From a bacterium (lineage in GTDB: Bacteria; Electryoneota; JAOADG01): a stretch of DNA of 64,000 nucleotides. The notes below the pieces were generated by a model, which saw nothing but the letters and a program-made list of their open reading frames with translations, had not been told where the DNA came from and searched no databases. Location: NCBI GenBank assembly GCA_963681965.1, contig OY820579.1:32001-96000 (forward strand). The letters are read 5' to 3'. A program made the translations under genes and the position numbers. Shown here piece by piece: positions 1 to 9,689 of the stretch (position 1 is the stretch's first letter; each line of letters opens with the position of its first letter).

Positions 1-942
1 ACGATTGCATCTACCGATACTTTGAGTACTCTAACACAACAGGGATTGCGGTTCGCAACGTATAAAGACGTTGTTACTCGCGGTCGGGGAATTATCGTCA
101 AGACGGATTCGTTAACAAAACTATCGTCCATCCGCCTTGAGATGGTAGCCGACGAAGTCATTGGAACGATGATTCAGATTCACGGACGTACCAGTAAAGG
201 GTTGTGGCAAATGCTCCCCTCGTCCGCCGATACGGCAGGTGTTTACCATTACGAAGGACCGCTTTATTCCACTTTCAGTCTCATCGATAATCAGGATCGT
301 ACGCCTCCCCGCATTGACTTCCAAGCGGAAGGTCAAATATTCTCCGAAGGGGGCTACATTCGTCGCGGCGCGCGATTCTCGGCAATGGTGTACGATGATG
401 GTGGATTGGATTTATCGCTACCCGGTTCCGTTTCCTGTATCGTCGGTCGCAGTGGCAGCACGAATGCCGATTCGATGACTAGTTCCGAATTGATCCTTCC
501 GGAAGGATTGAGCAGCAGTAAAAATCAACCGGTACTAGTGACCCGGCATTTCTCTGCGGGTAAATTCTGGATGAAAATTCAGGTTCAGGATTTAGCGGGT
601 AATCGCAACAGCGACTCGATCAACTTTGTTGTCGTTAACGATTTCCAACTCGATTGGGTCGGCAATTTCCCGAATCCGTTCTCCAAGACGACTACATTCT
701 TCTATAGTCTAACCGATCAGACCAGCGTTCCGGTCGAGATTTCGATTTACACGGTATCGGGTCGCAAAATTCGGACACTGCGCGAAACCGATGCTCACGT
801 GATCAACTATCGCGAATTGCTTTGGGACGGTCGTGACGAATCCGGTCAAGTTGTGGCTAACGGTGTATATTTTTATCGTTTCATTGCCAAAAATGGCAGC
901 AAAACGATTGAACACAAAGGTAAGCTGGCAAAACTGAGGTAA
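1..942 (+). CDS. C-terminal part of a large secreted protein with a FlgD-Ig/T9SS-type C-terminal sorting domain (probably 5'-truncated by the window)
   Basis: C-terminus reads NFPNPF...IYTVSGRKIR...WDGRDESGQVVANGVYFYR; a PorV-like gene follows directly. Confidence 0.8.
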   Translation, partial: TIASTDTLSTLTQQGLRFATYKDVVTRGRGIIVKTDSLTKLSSIRLEMVADEVIGTMIQIHGRTSKGLWQMLPSSADTAGVYHYEGPLYSTFSLIDNQDRTPPRIDFQAEGQIFSEGGYIRRGARFSAMVYDDGGLDLSLPGSVSCIVGRSGSTNADSMTSSELILPEGLSSSKNQPVLVTRHFSAGKFWMKIQVQDLAGNRNSDSINFVVVNDFQLDWVGNFPNPFSKTTTFFYSLTDQTSVPVEISIYTVSGRKIRTLRETDAHVINYRELLWDGRDESGQVVANGVYFYRFIAKNGSKTIEHKGKLAKLR

Positions 943-945
943 CGA

Positions 946-2016
946 ATGCAATACCAGCGGTATCGAAAACCTCCTCATCCAATTCATTCGGCTGTTCGGA
1001 ACAGACGACTGTCACGTGGTTTTCACCGAATTCTCTTTTCGCTCCTGATTGCAGCGAGTCTCGGTTCCGTACCATTGGTGCGTGCCAATCGCTACGCCGG
1101 TGAATTTCTGGAATTGGGAGTCGGTCCTCGACAGTTAGCGATGGGTGGCACCGTCGCGAGCGGCGATCAAGCGTCCTCGTTTTATTGGAACCCGGCACTG
1201 TTATCGCGACTACGGGGTACCGAAGTCAATGCGATGTATGTTCCACTATTCGACGGATTGGCAACCTATCACGTGGTCGGGATTGCCATGCCAATCACCG
1301 GTGCGGCAATCGGTTTGCATTGGGTGCGGCTTTCAGTGGATAAGATTCCGATTTGGCCCGATTACTCATCGATGTCGATCGACGATCGTCAGCGGGCGAT
1401 ACGCGAGCGTGGCGGACGTCCGATCGGTATCACCAGCGACAACGAAGATGCAGTCTTCTTTACTTTTGCAAAATTAAACCGATTTACTGCCGATCTGGGA
1501 TGGAGTTATTTCTCGCTACCGTTGGAAATCCCCGCAGGCATCAACGTGAAGCTTGTCCGGATGGCATTGTACAATAAACGCGCCACCGGAATTGGTGTCG
1601 ACGCCGGTATCGGCTTGCGGTTTTCAATGAACGATTTATTGGGTCAAAAGAAACTCGGCGACATCAATCTCGCCATCGTCGCGGACGACTTTACGCGAAC
1701 CGGTATCAACTGGGGAAATGGCGTCGAAGACGCGATTCCGATGAATTTCCGGTGGGGCTTCGCTTACTCACAACCGTTTCGGGATTGGAAGAGCGATGTC
1801 ACACTCGAGTTGAATACCGAGAAGAAATACGATTATGAAGTGAATTACGGTGTTGAGTATACTTTCGATCGCCGCTATTCAGCTCGAATTGGACGGCGAC
1901 AGGGTTTAACATCCTATGGCGCGGGGCTGCGCGTCTGGAAAGGTCAGATCGATTATGCATTCCAACAACCGGAACTTGGAAATCAGCATTGGATCGGCGT
2001 TACTTTCCACCTCTAA
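946..2016 (+). CDS. PorV/PorQ-like outer-membrane beta-barrel protein
   Basis: Signal peptide, then AGEFLELGVGPRQLAMGG...FYWNPALL; C-terminal DYAF...LGNQHWIGVTF; true start may lie further downstream. Confidence 0.8.
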   Translation: MQYQRYRKPPHPIHSAVRNRRLSRGFHRILFSLLIAASLGSVPLVRANRYAGEFLELGVGPRQLAMGGTVASGDQASSFYWNPALLSRLRGTEVNAMYVPLFDGLATYHVVGIAMPITGAAIGLHWVRLSVDKIPIWPDYSSMSIDDRQRAIRERGGRPIGITSDNEDAVFFTFAKLNRFTADLGWSYFSLPLEIPAGINVKLVRMALYNKRATGIGVDAGIGLRFSMNDLLGQKKLGDINLAIVADDFTRTGINWGNGVEDAIPMNFRWGFAYSQPFRDWKSDVTLELNTEKKYDYEVNYGVEYTFDRRYSARIGRRQGLTSYGAGLRVWKGQIDYAFQQPELGNQHWIGVTFHL

Positions 2017-2035
2017 TCGTCGCGATTCTGTGTTG

Positions 2036-2821
2036 ATGAATACGAAACTCCTTATCCTTGTAACCATGTTGCTTACGATAGCCATTGCAGGTTGCGGGAA
2101 AAATCGCTCGCCGGACGATGTAACACCTCCGGTACGACCCGAGCTGCTGCCTTTGGCTTCGTTTTCAACCTTGACCGATTCGGTCTGTGGACCGGATCAA
2201 CCGAGTGTATCGTCGCCGAATGGTTTTAAATTGATGTGGGCACCCTGTCCCGATGCCGACTTAGCAGAATGGCAGATCTTTTTTCGACGCGCCTATACAA
2301 TGGATTCACCGATTCTGGCAGGGACTCACAGCGCGCAATTAAGCGGTCGTACTTTCGTTGTGGTCGATTCCCGGATACTGCCCAATGCTTCGACCGATAG
2401 CAGCTATTTATATGAATACTGGATTAATGCAGTCGACCAATCCGGTAATGTCTCCGAGCCTTCCGAAGTACGACGTTTTGAACTCATTCGCAAACTCGAC
2501 GGCTTTACTACCGAAGGAGCCGATGCCGGGAACCCGGTTTTTTCCGGAACGTATGTGATTTCCAACCCCGAGAGTTCACCGGATCGGTATTCGCTGAAAT
2601 TGCGCAACTCCGAAGGCAGACTGGTTTGGCATTACGAGTATAGTAATTACCCCTCCGACGGTCAGATTCTGATCCGTTTTAACGACGATAACACTGCGAA
2701 TCGGCTGTATTTGCGGGATAATGGTCGGCTTATGTTGGGTGACTATTCAGCGCGAATCGAATTCTGGCGACAAGAGAGTGCCGGTTCGGTGTCAACGCTG
2801 TCATTTTCGGTAATTCGGTAA
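2036..2821 (+). CDS. Lipoprotein with Fn3-like region
   Basis: ATG 2036 gives MNTKLLILVTMLLTIAIAGC (lipobox); YWINAVDQSGNVSEPS Fn3-like motif. Confidence 0.7.
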   Translation: MNTKLLILVTMLLTIAIAGCGKNRSPDDVTPPVRPELLPLASFSTLTDSVCGPDQPSVSSPNGFKLMWAPCPDADLAEWQIFFRRAYTMDSPILAGTHSAQLSGRTFVVVDSRILPNASTDSSYLYEYWINAVDQSGNVSEPSEVRRFELIRKLDGFTTEGADAGNPVFSGTYVISNPESSPDRYSLKLRNSEGRLVWHYEYSNYPSDGQILIRFNDDNTANRLYLRDNGRLMLGDYSARIEFWRQESAGSVSTLSFSVIR

Positions 2822-2893
2822 GCGGTAACGATGACGATATGATTTTTTTAGCATTTACATTACTATCTTACGGTTCAGAAAGGAAGGTGTCCT

Positions 2894-3391
2894 TTGACCT
2901 TTAAAAAGTCGATTCTGGTGTTCTCGTTCTTGTTATTGATAGCAAGTACGGCGTTTGCTCAACAAATGGGACCGGTTGGTACCCTTGTTGGCACTGGCGG
3001 TGAGCGTGGCGCGCAGTATTACATTGGCAGTCAAAATGAACTGCTCATGGCTGTCAATATTTGGGGTTTGGTTTTGAAACCGGGTCAATATCTAGTTCCC
3101 TCGAACACCGATTTAATGACTTTAATCTCTGTCGCTGGTGGACCGCTCTATAAAGCAAGGCTTGATAATATCAAAGTCATCCGGAGTTCGACTGCGGGCT
3201 CGGAGGTCTTGACGATAAATATCAATAAATTCTTGAAAACTGGTGACGAACGACTCATTCCGAAGCTTCAACCGGGTGACACGGTGATAATTTCGGGTTC
3301 GCTCGGAGAGCTGACGACTCAGATTGTCAGCGTTATTGCCCAGTTAGCGGTTATTGCGAACGTGTATTATCTTTTCTTCATGAAAACTTAA
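2894..3391 (+). CDS. SLBB-domain (polysaccharide export-like) protein
   Basis: VNIWGLVLKPGQY...LISVAGG...LQPGDTVII; signal peptide and C-terminal hydrophobic helix; AGGAAGG RBS. Confidence 0.8.
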   Translation: MTFKKSILVFSFLLLIASTAFAQQMGPVGTLVGTGGERGAQYYIGSQNELLMAVNIWGLVLKPGQYLVPSNTDLMTLISVAGGPLYKARLDNIKVIRSSTAGSEVLTININKFLKTGDERLIPKLQPGDTVIISGSLGELTTQIVSVIAQLAVIANVYYLFFMKT

Positions 3392-3410
3392 TTGGATTAT
3401 CGTAGAACCC

Positions 3411-3439
3411 TTGACAGGTATCATGGTTTTGCGTAAGTT
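3411..3439 (+). promoter_or_regulatory. sigma-70-type promoter
   Basis: TTGACA-N17-TAAGTT upstream of the CDS at 3488. Confidence 0.55.
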
Positions 3440-3487
3440 GTGTTATAAATAAATAGTCATGGATAATTCTCTCATGGCGGAGGCGAC

Positions 3488-4642
3488 ATGAAGGTTTGGA
3501 AGTTTATTCTAGTAATATCCGCTCTTTCACTGATGCTTACTTCTATCGCATCAAGTGAAGAATATGTAGGCGGAATGGGCACGATGTGGGTCGGTTCGGC
3601 AATGACTTTGCCGCCTGGCGCAGCCGATATTGGCATTCACGGTCAAGTATGGGCTGGCAAGGTCGGTAATTTAAGTGGGATCAAAACGGGAAGTTCCGCT
3701 TTGAACATTCACTTTGGTTACAGCCGTAATTTTGAAATCGGTATGTCCCAAATCACCTATATGGATCCGAACTGGGGTAGTCGCTCCTACAATCTTAACG
3801 GTCAGATTGGTAAAACGAACGACAATTACATTATTCCCGGTGATTTGACATTACGCTTCAAATACGGCAGTCTAGCGACGACGATGGGTCAACTCTATGT
3901 GTTGCACTCGTTTCAGCTCGGCATCCGCTATCGTGTAGCGAAATACAACAATCTACCGCTCTATCCCTATTTCGGTGGTGGCAACGCTCCGTCGTTGACT
4001 TGGAATATGTCGTGGTACCAGCGTCCGCTTTATCCTGAGGAAAGCGAATTCATCGGTGTCAGTGCGACCTATACCAATCACAACGATCAGAATGGTTTCG
4101 GCGAATCTGCTCAATCCATTCAGTGGGGTGCCGCATATATGCATCCGATGCAGAATATGTCGGTCGGTCTGCAATTTCACGGCATGGCATTCATTCATAT
4201 GCCGCGTAAAGAAGTTTTCAGTCGTGAACCGTTTGCCTACATTAGCCCGGTTGTAAACTTCCAGCTCTTCTCGGGCATGGAAATGATGCTGTCTCCGGAA
4301 ATCTTACTGGGACAAGCCAAGAATACAACCTCCGGCGTTTTCGAACCGAAAGACACCTACAACTACGAACCGTGGCGTTTTTCCGGTTTGCTTCGCTTCC
4401 GTCCGTCCACCACGTTCTATTCGAGCGATCCATTTGCCAAGGTTGGCGAAGGTCGTCGTGGCGCCGGCGCTGCCGCATTGCGTGAACGACTGGCTCGTCA
4501 ATCGCGCGAAAGCCTGTTCGACTGGACCGTCGATAGCGAACGCGATCTGCAATTCTTGAATCTCGATCTTGAGAAGACTCGTATCGAGCGTCAGAAAGCC
4601 GAAGAAGAACTGTTGAAGCTTAAGCAAGAAGTCGGTAAATAA
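3488..4642 (+). CDS. Hypothetical exported/outer-membrane protein with C-terminal coiled coil
   Basis: GGAGG RBS, signal peptide, beta-rich body, charged C-terminal helix. Confidence 0.65.
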   Translation: MKVWKFILVISALSLMLTSIASSEEYVGGMGTMWVGSAMTLPPGAADIGIHGQVWAGKVGNLSGIKTGSSALNIHFGYSRNFEIGMSQITYMDPNWGSRSYNLNGQIGKTNDNYIIPGDLTLRFKYGSLATTMGQLYVLHSFQLGIRYRVAKYNNLPLYPYFGGGNAPSLTWNMSWYQRPLYPEESEFIGVSATYTNHNDQNGFGESAQSIQWGAAYMHPMQNMSVGLQFHGMAFIHMPRKEVFSREPFAYISPVVNFQLFSGMEMMLSPEILLGQAKNTTSGVFEPKDTYNYEPWRFSGLLRFRPSTTFYSSDPFAKVGEGRRGAGAAALRERLARQSRESLFDWTVDSERDLQFLNLDLEKTRIERQKAEEELLKLKQEVGK

Positions 4643-4663
4643 TTCTACCGATACTCGATCTTA

Positions 4664-4693
4664 CAAAAAACCTGCCGTCTGGCAGGTTTTTTG
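4664..4693 (+). terminator. Rho-independent terminator (bidirectional shape)
   Basis: caaaaaacctgcc-gtct-ggcaggttttttg. Confidence 0.85.
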
Positions 4694-4721
4694 TTTGAGT
4701 AGGTATTATGATTCTTGTATC

Positions 4722-4919
4722 GTGGTTCTAGAAAACGAAGATATCATGATGCAGTGTCAGGATTCTCCGAACAGGTACACACAGCCAACAAAAACCTGCG
4801 GGCGACCGCGGGGAGCCGCTCCTACTACTACCTAACAACTTATTCTCAAGAGATACTGTAATACCGTATTCCGAATCGTGGTTATAATCTACGAAAGGGG
4901 CGAATGCGATTCGCCCCTA
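4722..4919. repeat. Degenerate copy of the TIR/REP element plus a second REP-like palindrome
   Basis: gtggttctagaaaa...gtgtcagg...acctgcgggcg...cctactac...aacaacttattctcaagagatact aligns with copies at 41940 and 52869; ggggcgaatgcgattcgcccc follows at about 4897-4917. Confidence 0.7.
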
Positions 4920-4999
4920 AAAAATATCTCGCGATGCGAGTATGCTTCGTGATCAGACCTTGCGTATACAAATGAGAAAACCGATTTCAATGAAGTGAA

Positions 5000-6139
5000 T
5001 CAGGTACGCAGGTATTGATCCAATATTTCCAGTCGCTCGGGATTCCCCATTTCGAACCAGTTACCCGTTTGTTCGAAGGCTCGCACTGTCTGATCCTCGG
5101 CAATCGCTTTCAGATAGCTATCGATAATCGATAGATCGTGATACTTCGATAAATGTTCGAGACCGGTTGGTCCAATCAAGTGAATACCGGTAAATCCCAA
5201 TTCTCTAACAGAACCATGAGGATTCGTAACGAGTTTAGAACCGAGCTTCGGCGATTTCAAACCGCAGATTCGATTTTCGTCATCCACCAAAAGATAACTA
5301 GATGCCGATCGTTGCTGACAAACCAGGAGCGCCAAATCAGATGGATTATAGTGGGTGTAGAGCGAATTTAAATCGAAATCGGTATAGATGTCGCAGTTAT
5401 GAATTAAAACCGGCTCGGGACCGTGCAACCAGCGTGCTGCTTGTCTGATGCCCCCACCGGTACCAAGGATCTCCGGTTCAAAGGATAGTGCTAATGAAAT
5501 TTCGGGGTGCGATTCGCGAAACCGTATTGACCACTGTTCGATTTGTTCGGCATGGTGGTGGGCATTGACGACTAGTTCGGAACAACCACTCTTGATCAAC
5601 GCATCGGCACACCAATCGAGCATCGAGCGCCCCCCCGCTTCCACCAACGCTTTTGGACGAGTGTCGGTCAGCGGTCGAAGACGAGTACCGAAACCGGCAG
5701 CCAATATCATGCCCCGATGTTTTCGGTGATGCGGAAAATCCTGTGCGAGTTGCCAATGAATTATTCGAACATTCCACCCCAGTTGACGAAGCATTTCTGT
5801 TAGCCGATTGGCACAAAAGACTGAGCGATGACGCCCACCGGTACATCCGAATGCAACTTGCAAATCGGCGAACCCGCGCTGCGAGTAATTCCTCGCATGA
5901 CCCGCAACTAACTCGAAACAGTGTTGGATATATGTATCCAATTCGGTTTGATATTCGCGAAAAAAATTGACGATGGGTTCGTCGAAACCGGTCAAGTTCG
6001 AGAGATCCGGGTTCCGCCCGGGATTTGGCAAGCCGCGACAGTCGAATACGAAACCTCCACCATTACCGGTAGGATCGCGAAACGGGTTTCCATAGCGATA
6101 GCTGAAGCTGTAGACCCGGATCAGTAAAGGATTCGTCAT
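5000..6139 (-). CDS. Fusion of a RapZ C-terminal domain and a MurU-like nucleotidyltransferase
   Basis: SFSYRYG...FDCRGLPNPG...FGCTGGRHRSV, then GMILAAGFGTRLRPLTDTRPKAL. Confidence 0.85.
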   Translation of the reverse strand: MTNPLLIRVYSFSYRYGNPFRDPTGNGGGFVFDCRGLPNPGRNPDLSNLTGFDEPIVNFFREYQTELDTYIQHCFELVAGHARNYSQRGFADLQVAFGCTGGRHRSVFCANRLTEMLRQLGWNVRIIHWQLAQDFPHHRKHRGMILAAGFGTRLRPLTDTRPKALVEAGGRSMLDWCADALIKSGCSELVVNAHHHAEQIEQWSIRFRESHPEISLALSFEPEILGTGGGIRQAARWLHGPEPVLIHNCDIYTDFDLNSLYTHYNPSDLALLVCQQRSASSYLLVDDENRICGLKSPKLGSKLVTNPHGSVRELGFTGIHLIGPTGLEHLSKYHDLSIIDSYLKAIAEDQTVRAFEQTGNWFEMGNPERLEILDQYLRT

Positions 6140-7362
6140 TATCGCGCTCCTGCGGTGGTTCGATCGATAGTATCGGATTCAAGAAATTTCGTCCACGGTT
6201 TCAATTCAGCGATTCGAGCAATTGTCTCCGATAACAGCGGCGTCATTTTTCGCAATCGAGTATCCGAGTTGATGATCGAAAGGGCATTTCGCAATCCGAA
6301 TGGAATGGCTGATAAATGCTGGCGATGCCCCTTCAGAATACCGTTGTTACCGTAACTACCCAGCGCCTGCAGGACGCGAAGCAGGGCATACGGTGCAAAA
6401 CTCGCGTCTAGAACCGCGGGAGGATAGCCGTGCTGCTCCAATAGCGAAAAATGGATTTCGCGCAATTCTTCGCGAAAGTCCGGTGGTAAATCGGCACGGG
6501 CATCGAACAGCAGCGACGCGATATCGTAACAAGGTGCACCGATCCGACCGGATTGGTAATCGATACAGACGAGTCCGCGAGCAGTCACCATGATATTGCG
6601 GGATTGAAAATCGCGATAGAGAAAAGCGTCGCGTGGAAATTCGGCAAGCAAGGATCGGTGTGTGGCAAATTCCAATTCCAACTTAAAACGATTCTTAGAA
6701 TCGGGCATCAAGATCTGGATAAATTTTTCCAGAAAATAGTCGTGATCGCGCTGCCAAGCGGCTTCATCGAACTCTGCCCCTTGGTAACAGAGCGATCGAT
6801 CGATTCGGCTCGGCGACTTAATTTGGAATTGAACCAGTGTTTCGACTGCATTGCGATAATTGTCGCGGATTTGATCGATCGGAAAATTACCTGCACGTTC
6901 CGCTCGCAATCGGGTCAATTTATCGAACAGCGTTTCATTGCCGAGATCTTCGAGTAGATAACAGAATCCGGTTTCGTCTTCAATTAAGATCTCCGGCACT
7001 GGAAGATCCAGTTGAGTAAAGGTTCGGGTGAAGCTAAGGAAAGCACGATTCTCGGCGAGGACTGGTCCGTAGATGCCAATCACGGAATGAGTTGCATCGA
7101 CTATTCGATAGATTGTACGTGCCGATGCATCGCCTTTCAGCCGCTCGATGGTGGTTGGAGGATTCGCGAATAGTGTTTGAAACAGCAGTGTCAGTCGTTC
7201 GCACTGTTGCCCGGTAGAAAGATTTGTCGGCAATACATCAGTCGATTGCGGCACGCTCGGGATCCCCACTGCCCATCGTTCGAATGCGATCGAAGATCGC
7301 GTTGGAGATTGCGATGTAGCGTTCGCGACTTTCCAAATCGGCACCGATCGAGAGAAATTCAT
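6139..7362 (-). CDS. AmgK-like anomeric sugar kinase (APH phosphotransferase family); true start probably TTG at about 7233
   Basis: GDASARTIYR, LLEDLG, YRDFQSRNIM, IDYQ; adjacent to the MurU-like gene. Confidence 0.8.
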   Translation of the reverse strand: MNFSRSVPIWKVANATSQSPTRSSIAFERWAVGIPSVPQSTDVLPTNLSTGQQCERLTLLFQTLFANPPTTIERLKGDASARTIYRIVDATHSVIGIYGPVLAENRAFLSFTRTFTQLDLPVPEILIEDETGFCYLLEDLGNETLFDKLTRLRAERAGNFPIDQIRDNYRNAVETLVQFQIKSPSRIDRSLCYQGAEFDEAAWQRDHDYFLEKFIQILMPDSKNRFKLELEFATHRSLLAEFPRDAFLYRDFQSRNIMVTARGLVCIDYQSGRIGAPCYDIASLLFDARADLPPDFREELREIHFSLLEQHGYPPAVLDASFAPYALLRVLQALGSYGNNGILKGHRQHLSAIPFGLRNALSIINSDTRLRKMTPLLSETIARIAELKPWTKFLESDTIDRTTAGAR

Positions 7363-7888
7363 CCTGTGAAATCGGTTTACCGATATACATTCGTAACGGT
7401 TCCCGGCGGAGCTGTTTTCGATCCAATCGCCAACTCCCTTCGATTCGAACAGGAATGATCGGAGCCGGCGCCATCGTCAACAACATTCCGACGCCGCCCT
7501 TGATTGCTAGAAAGCGACCATTCAGCGAGCGGGTTCCTTCGGGAAAAATCAAACAAGCTTTACCATTTTTTACTTCATCAGTTAAGCGGCGCACGACATC
7601 TTTATCGAAGCCGGAACGATTCACCGGGATCGAATTGAGATAAGTGATAATTTTTCCCAAGAACCCTTTAAATAGAGTCCGTTTGGCTGCAAAGTAGATT
7701 TCCCGGGGCATGGTGGACCCGATAATGGGAGGATCGAAATTCGATTGGTGATTTGACACGATCCACAGCGAACCGGTGATTGGAACATTTTCCAATCCGA
7801 TAATTTTCAGTCCGGCGACTAATTTCAGAATGTAGTGGGGTATTTCTTTACAAATGCGATAACCCAAACGCATCGGTCCGTACTTCAT
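7238..7888 (-). CDS. plsC: 1-acyl-sn-glycerol-3-phosphate acyltransferase
   Basis: NHQSNFD and IFPEGTRS motifs. Confidence 0.9.
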   Translation of the reverse strand: MKYGPMRLGYRICKEIPHYILKLVAGLKIIGLENVPITGSLWIVSNHQSNFDPPIIGSTMPREIYFAAKRTLFKGFLGKIITYLNSIPVNRSGFDKDVVRRLTDEVKNGKACLIFPEGTRSLNGRFLAIKGGVGMLLTMAPAPIIPVRIEGSWRLDRKQLRREPLRMYIGKPISQDEFLSIGADLESRERYIAISNAIFDRIRTMGSGDPERAAID

Positions 7889-8607
7889 ATACTCTTTTCA
7901 ACAATTTTAGCAGGGTTTGCAGGAACAAATCCGGTCTCACTAGCCCACTCGACAATTCGATCAACTACCTGTTTGATGGTAAGATCACTGGTATCCAGCA
8001 CTCGGGCATCATCTGCGCACCGCAGTGGTGAAGTTTCGCGCTCACTGTCCAATTTATCGCGTGTTCTCAAATCGGCGATCACGTCTTCGACCGATTTAAT
8101 TACGCCGATCTCTTGGAGATCATGTTGACGGCGTCGCGCGCGCACTTCGTCGGACGCGATCAAATAGACTTTGAGTCGTGCATCGGGAAATACAACCGTA
8201 CCGATATCGCGCCCCTCGAGCACAGCGCCATTCCGACCGGCATTACGTTGCAACCGCACCATCTGTTCGCGAACGGTGGCATGAGCCGATACTGCACTAA
8301 CATTGGCAGATATTTCCGGTTTTCGGATTGCGTCCGAGACATCCTCACTGTCGAGCAGCGTTTTACCGTCGTGGGTAAACTCGACGGTTGTATCGCTGGT
8401 CATCCGGTGTAATGCAATCGCGTCGGAAATGGGTATATGGCGCTGTAACGCTTTAACCGTCAGTGCTCGATACATTGCCCCGGTATCGATATGCGGGAGT
8501 GCCAAGGTGGCAGCAACCCGCTTCGCAACGGAACTCTTGCCCGATCCAGCGGGACCGTCAATCGCGACAACCGGTAACAGTTGGTGATTCGTATTGGGTT
8601 GATCCAT
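7885..8607 (-). CDS. cmk: Cytidylate kinase
   Basis: AIDGPAGSGKS, DTGAMYR, EGRDIGTVVFPDA. Confidence 0.95.
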   Translation of the reverse strand: MDQPNTNHQLLPVVAIDGPAGSGKSSVAKRVAATLALPHIDTGAMYRALTVKALQRHIPISDAIALHRMTSDTTVEFTHDGKTLLDSEDVSDAIRKPEISANVSAVSAHATVREQMVRLQRNAGRNGAVLEGRDIGTVVFPDARLKVYLIASDEVRARRRQHDLQEIGVIKSVEDVIADLRTRDKLDSERETSPLRCADDARVLDTSDLTIKQVVDRIVEWASETGFVPANPAKIVEKSI

Positions 8608-8736
8608 TCAGTATTGATCCTGAGTGTGTGATCCGAGTGATCTAAATCGATTAATTGATTAAGATAACGTATCGCACCCTCGCGGAAAAACAAAAATCGA
8701 GCGATATATTTGTTTGTTTCAAGGGAATCACACAAT

Positions 8737-9639
8737 ATGAGAGCTAAGTATTTAATTCTCTTTGTACTATCAATAATTGCAGTCAGTTCATTCAGTGGGT
8801 GTAATGGTTCCAATGCGATTACTCCCAATCCGAATAGTGGGATCACTGCAACCGAAGTCTTTCGCGATTACGATTCCGCGGCATGGCACCGGATTGCGGG
8901 CTTCGATCAAACTCGTCCACTGGATCAGCGGAAACCGGGCTTTCTAATGATGCTGAACGTCTCGCTATTAGCGGCGCGACACGGTGCGCGAGAAATTGAG
9001 TCATTCGTCCCGATCGACACGCTGTTGTTTGTTTTCAACAATGGTTGGTTTGGTCGAAGTACCGACACATTATCGGGTGGATCGCTGGCATTCCGGTGGA
9101 AACTGACACCGAATCCGTTTCGGAACGAAGGCACTCCAACACGGTACGACCAGCGTGCCGAATTGTCCTATACCGATAATCTTCATATTTCCACGACTCG
9201 TTTGACATCCGTCATGTATACTATCCATAGCGGAAACTACTATCAAGGTCAATACGATCAACGTTATGAAGTGGAGATCAGTATTCTGGGCATTCCCCAA
9301 ACAATTTCTTACGGTGCCCCGTTGAACTGGGACCAGTTGGATTGCCGAAGAAACAGCTCTAATCAATTTTTGTCCCCGCAAGGTATTTTCAGCGCAGTCG
9401 GTACGAGCGATCTGACCGATCCGGATTCGTCCGGGGCGTCGAAAACGTATAACTTTCAAGGCAATTGGAACATTGCCCGCACTGTAAGCGTGCATGATTC
9501 AATTGGATCGCTTTCAGTTGGTGGCGAGTTGTTTGCCAGTTATTTTTATACTGGTTTCGATTCTACTTCGGGAGTTTACCGGGGAAGCTATCGACTTGCC
9601 AATGGTCGCTCAACGTTGTATTCTTTTTCGATGCAATAA
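8737..9639 (+). CDS. Hypothetical lipoprotein
   Basis: MRAKYLILFVLSIIAVSSFSGC lipobox. Confidence 0.7.
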   Translation: MRAKYLILFVLSIIAVSSFSGCNGSNAITPNPNSGITATEVFRDYDSAAWHRIAGFDQTRPLDQRKPGFLMMLNVSLLAARHGAREIESFVPIDTLLFVFNNGWFGRSTDTLSGGSLAFRWKLTPNPFRNEGTPTRYDQRAELSYTDNLHISTTRLTSVMYTIHSGNYYQGQYDQRYEVEISILGIPQTISYGAPLNWDQLDCRRNSSNQFLSPQGIFSAVGTSDLTDPDSSGASKTYNFQGNWNIARTVSVHDSIGSLSVGGELFASYFYTGFDSTSGVYRGSYRLANGRSTLYSFSMQ

Positions 9640-9689
9640 TCTATCACCGTTATCAGGTGTCAAACCGATGTTAGGATGTTAGCGCCACG

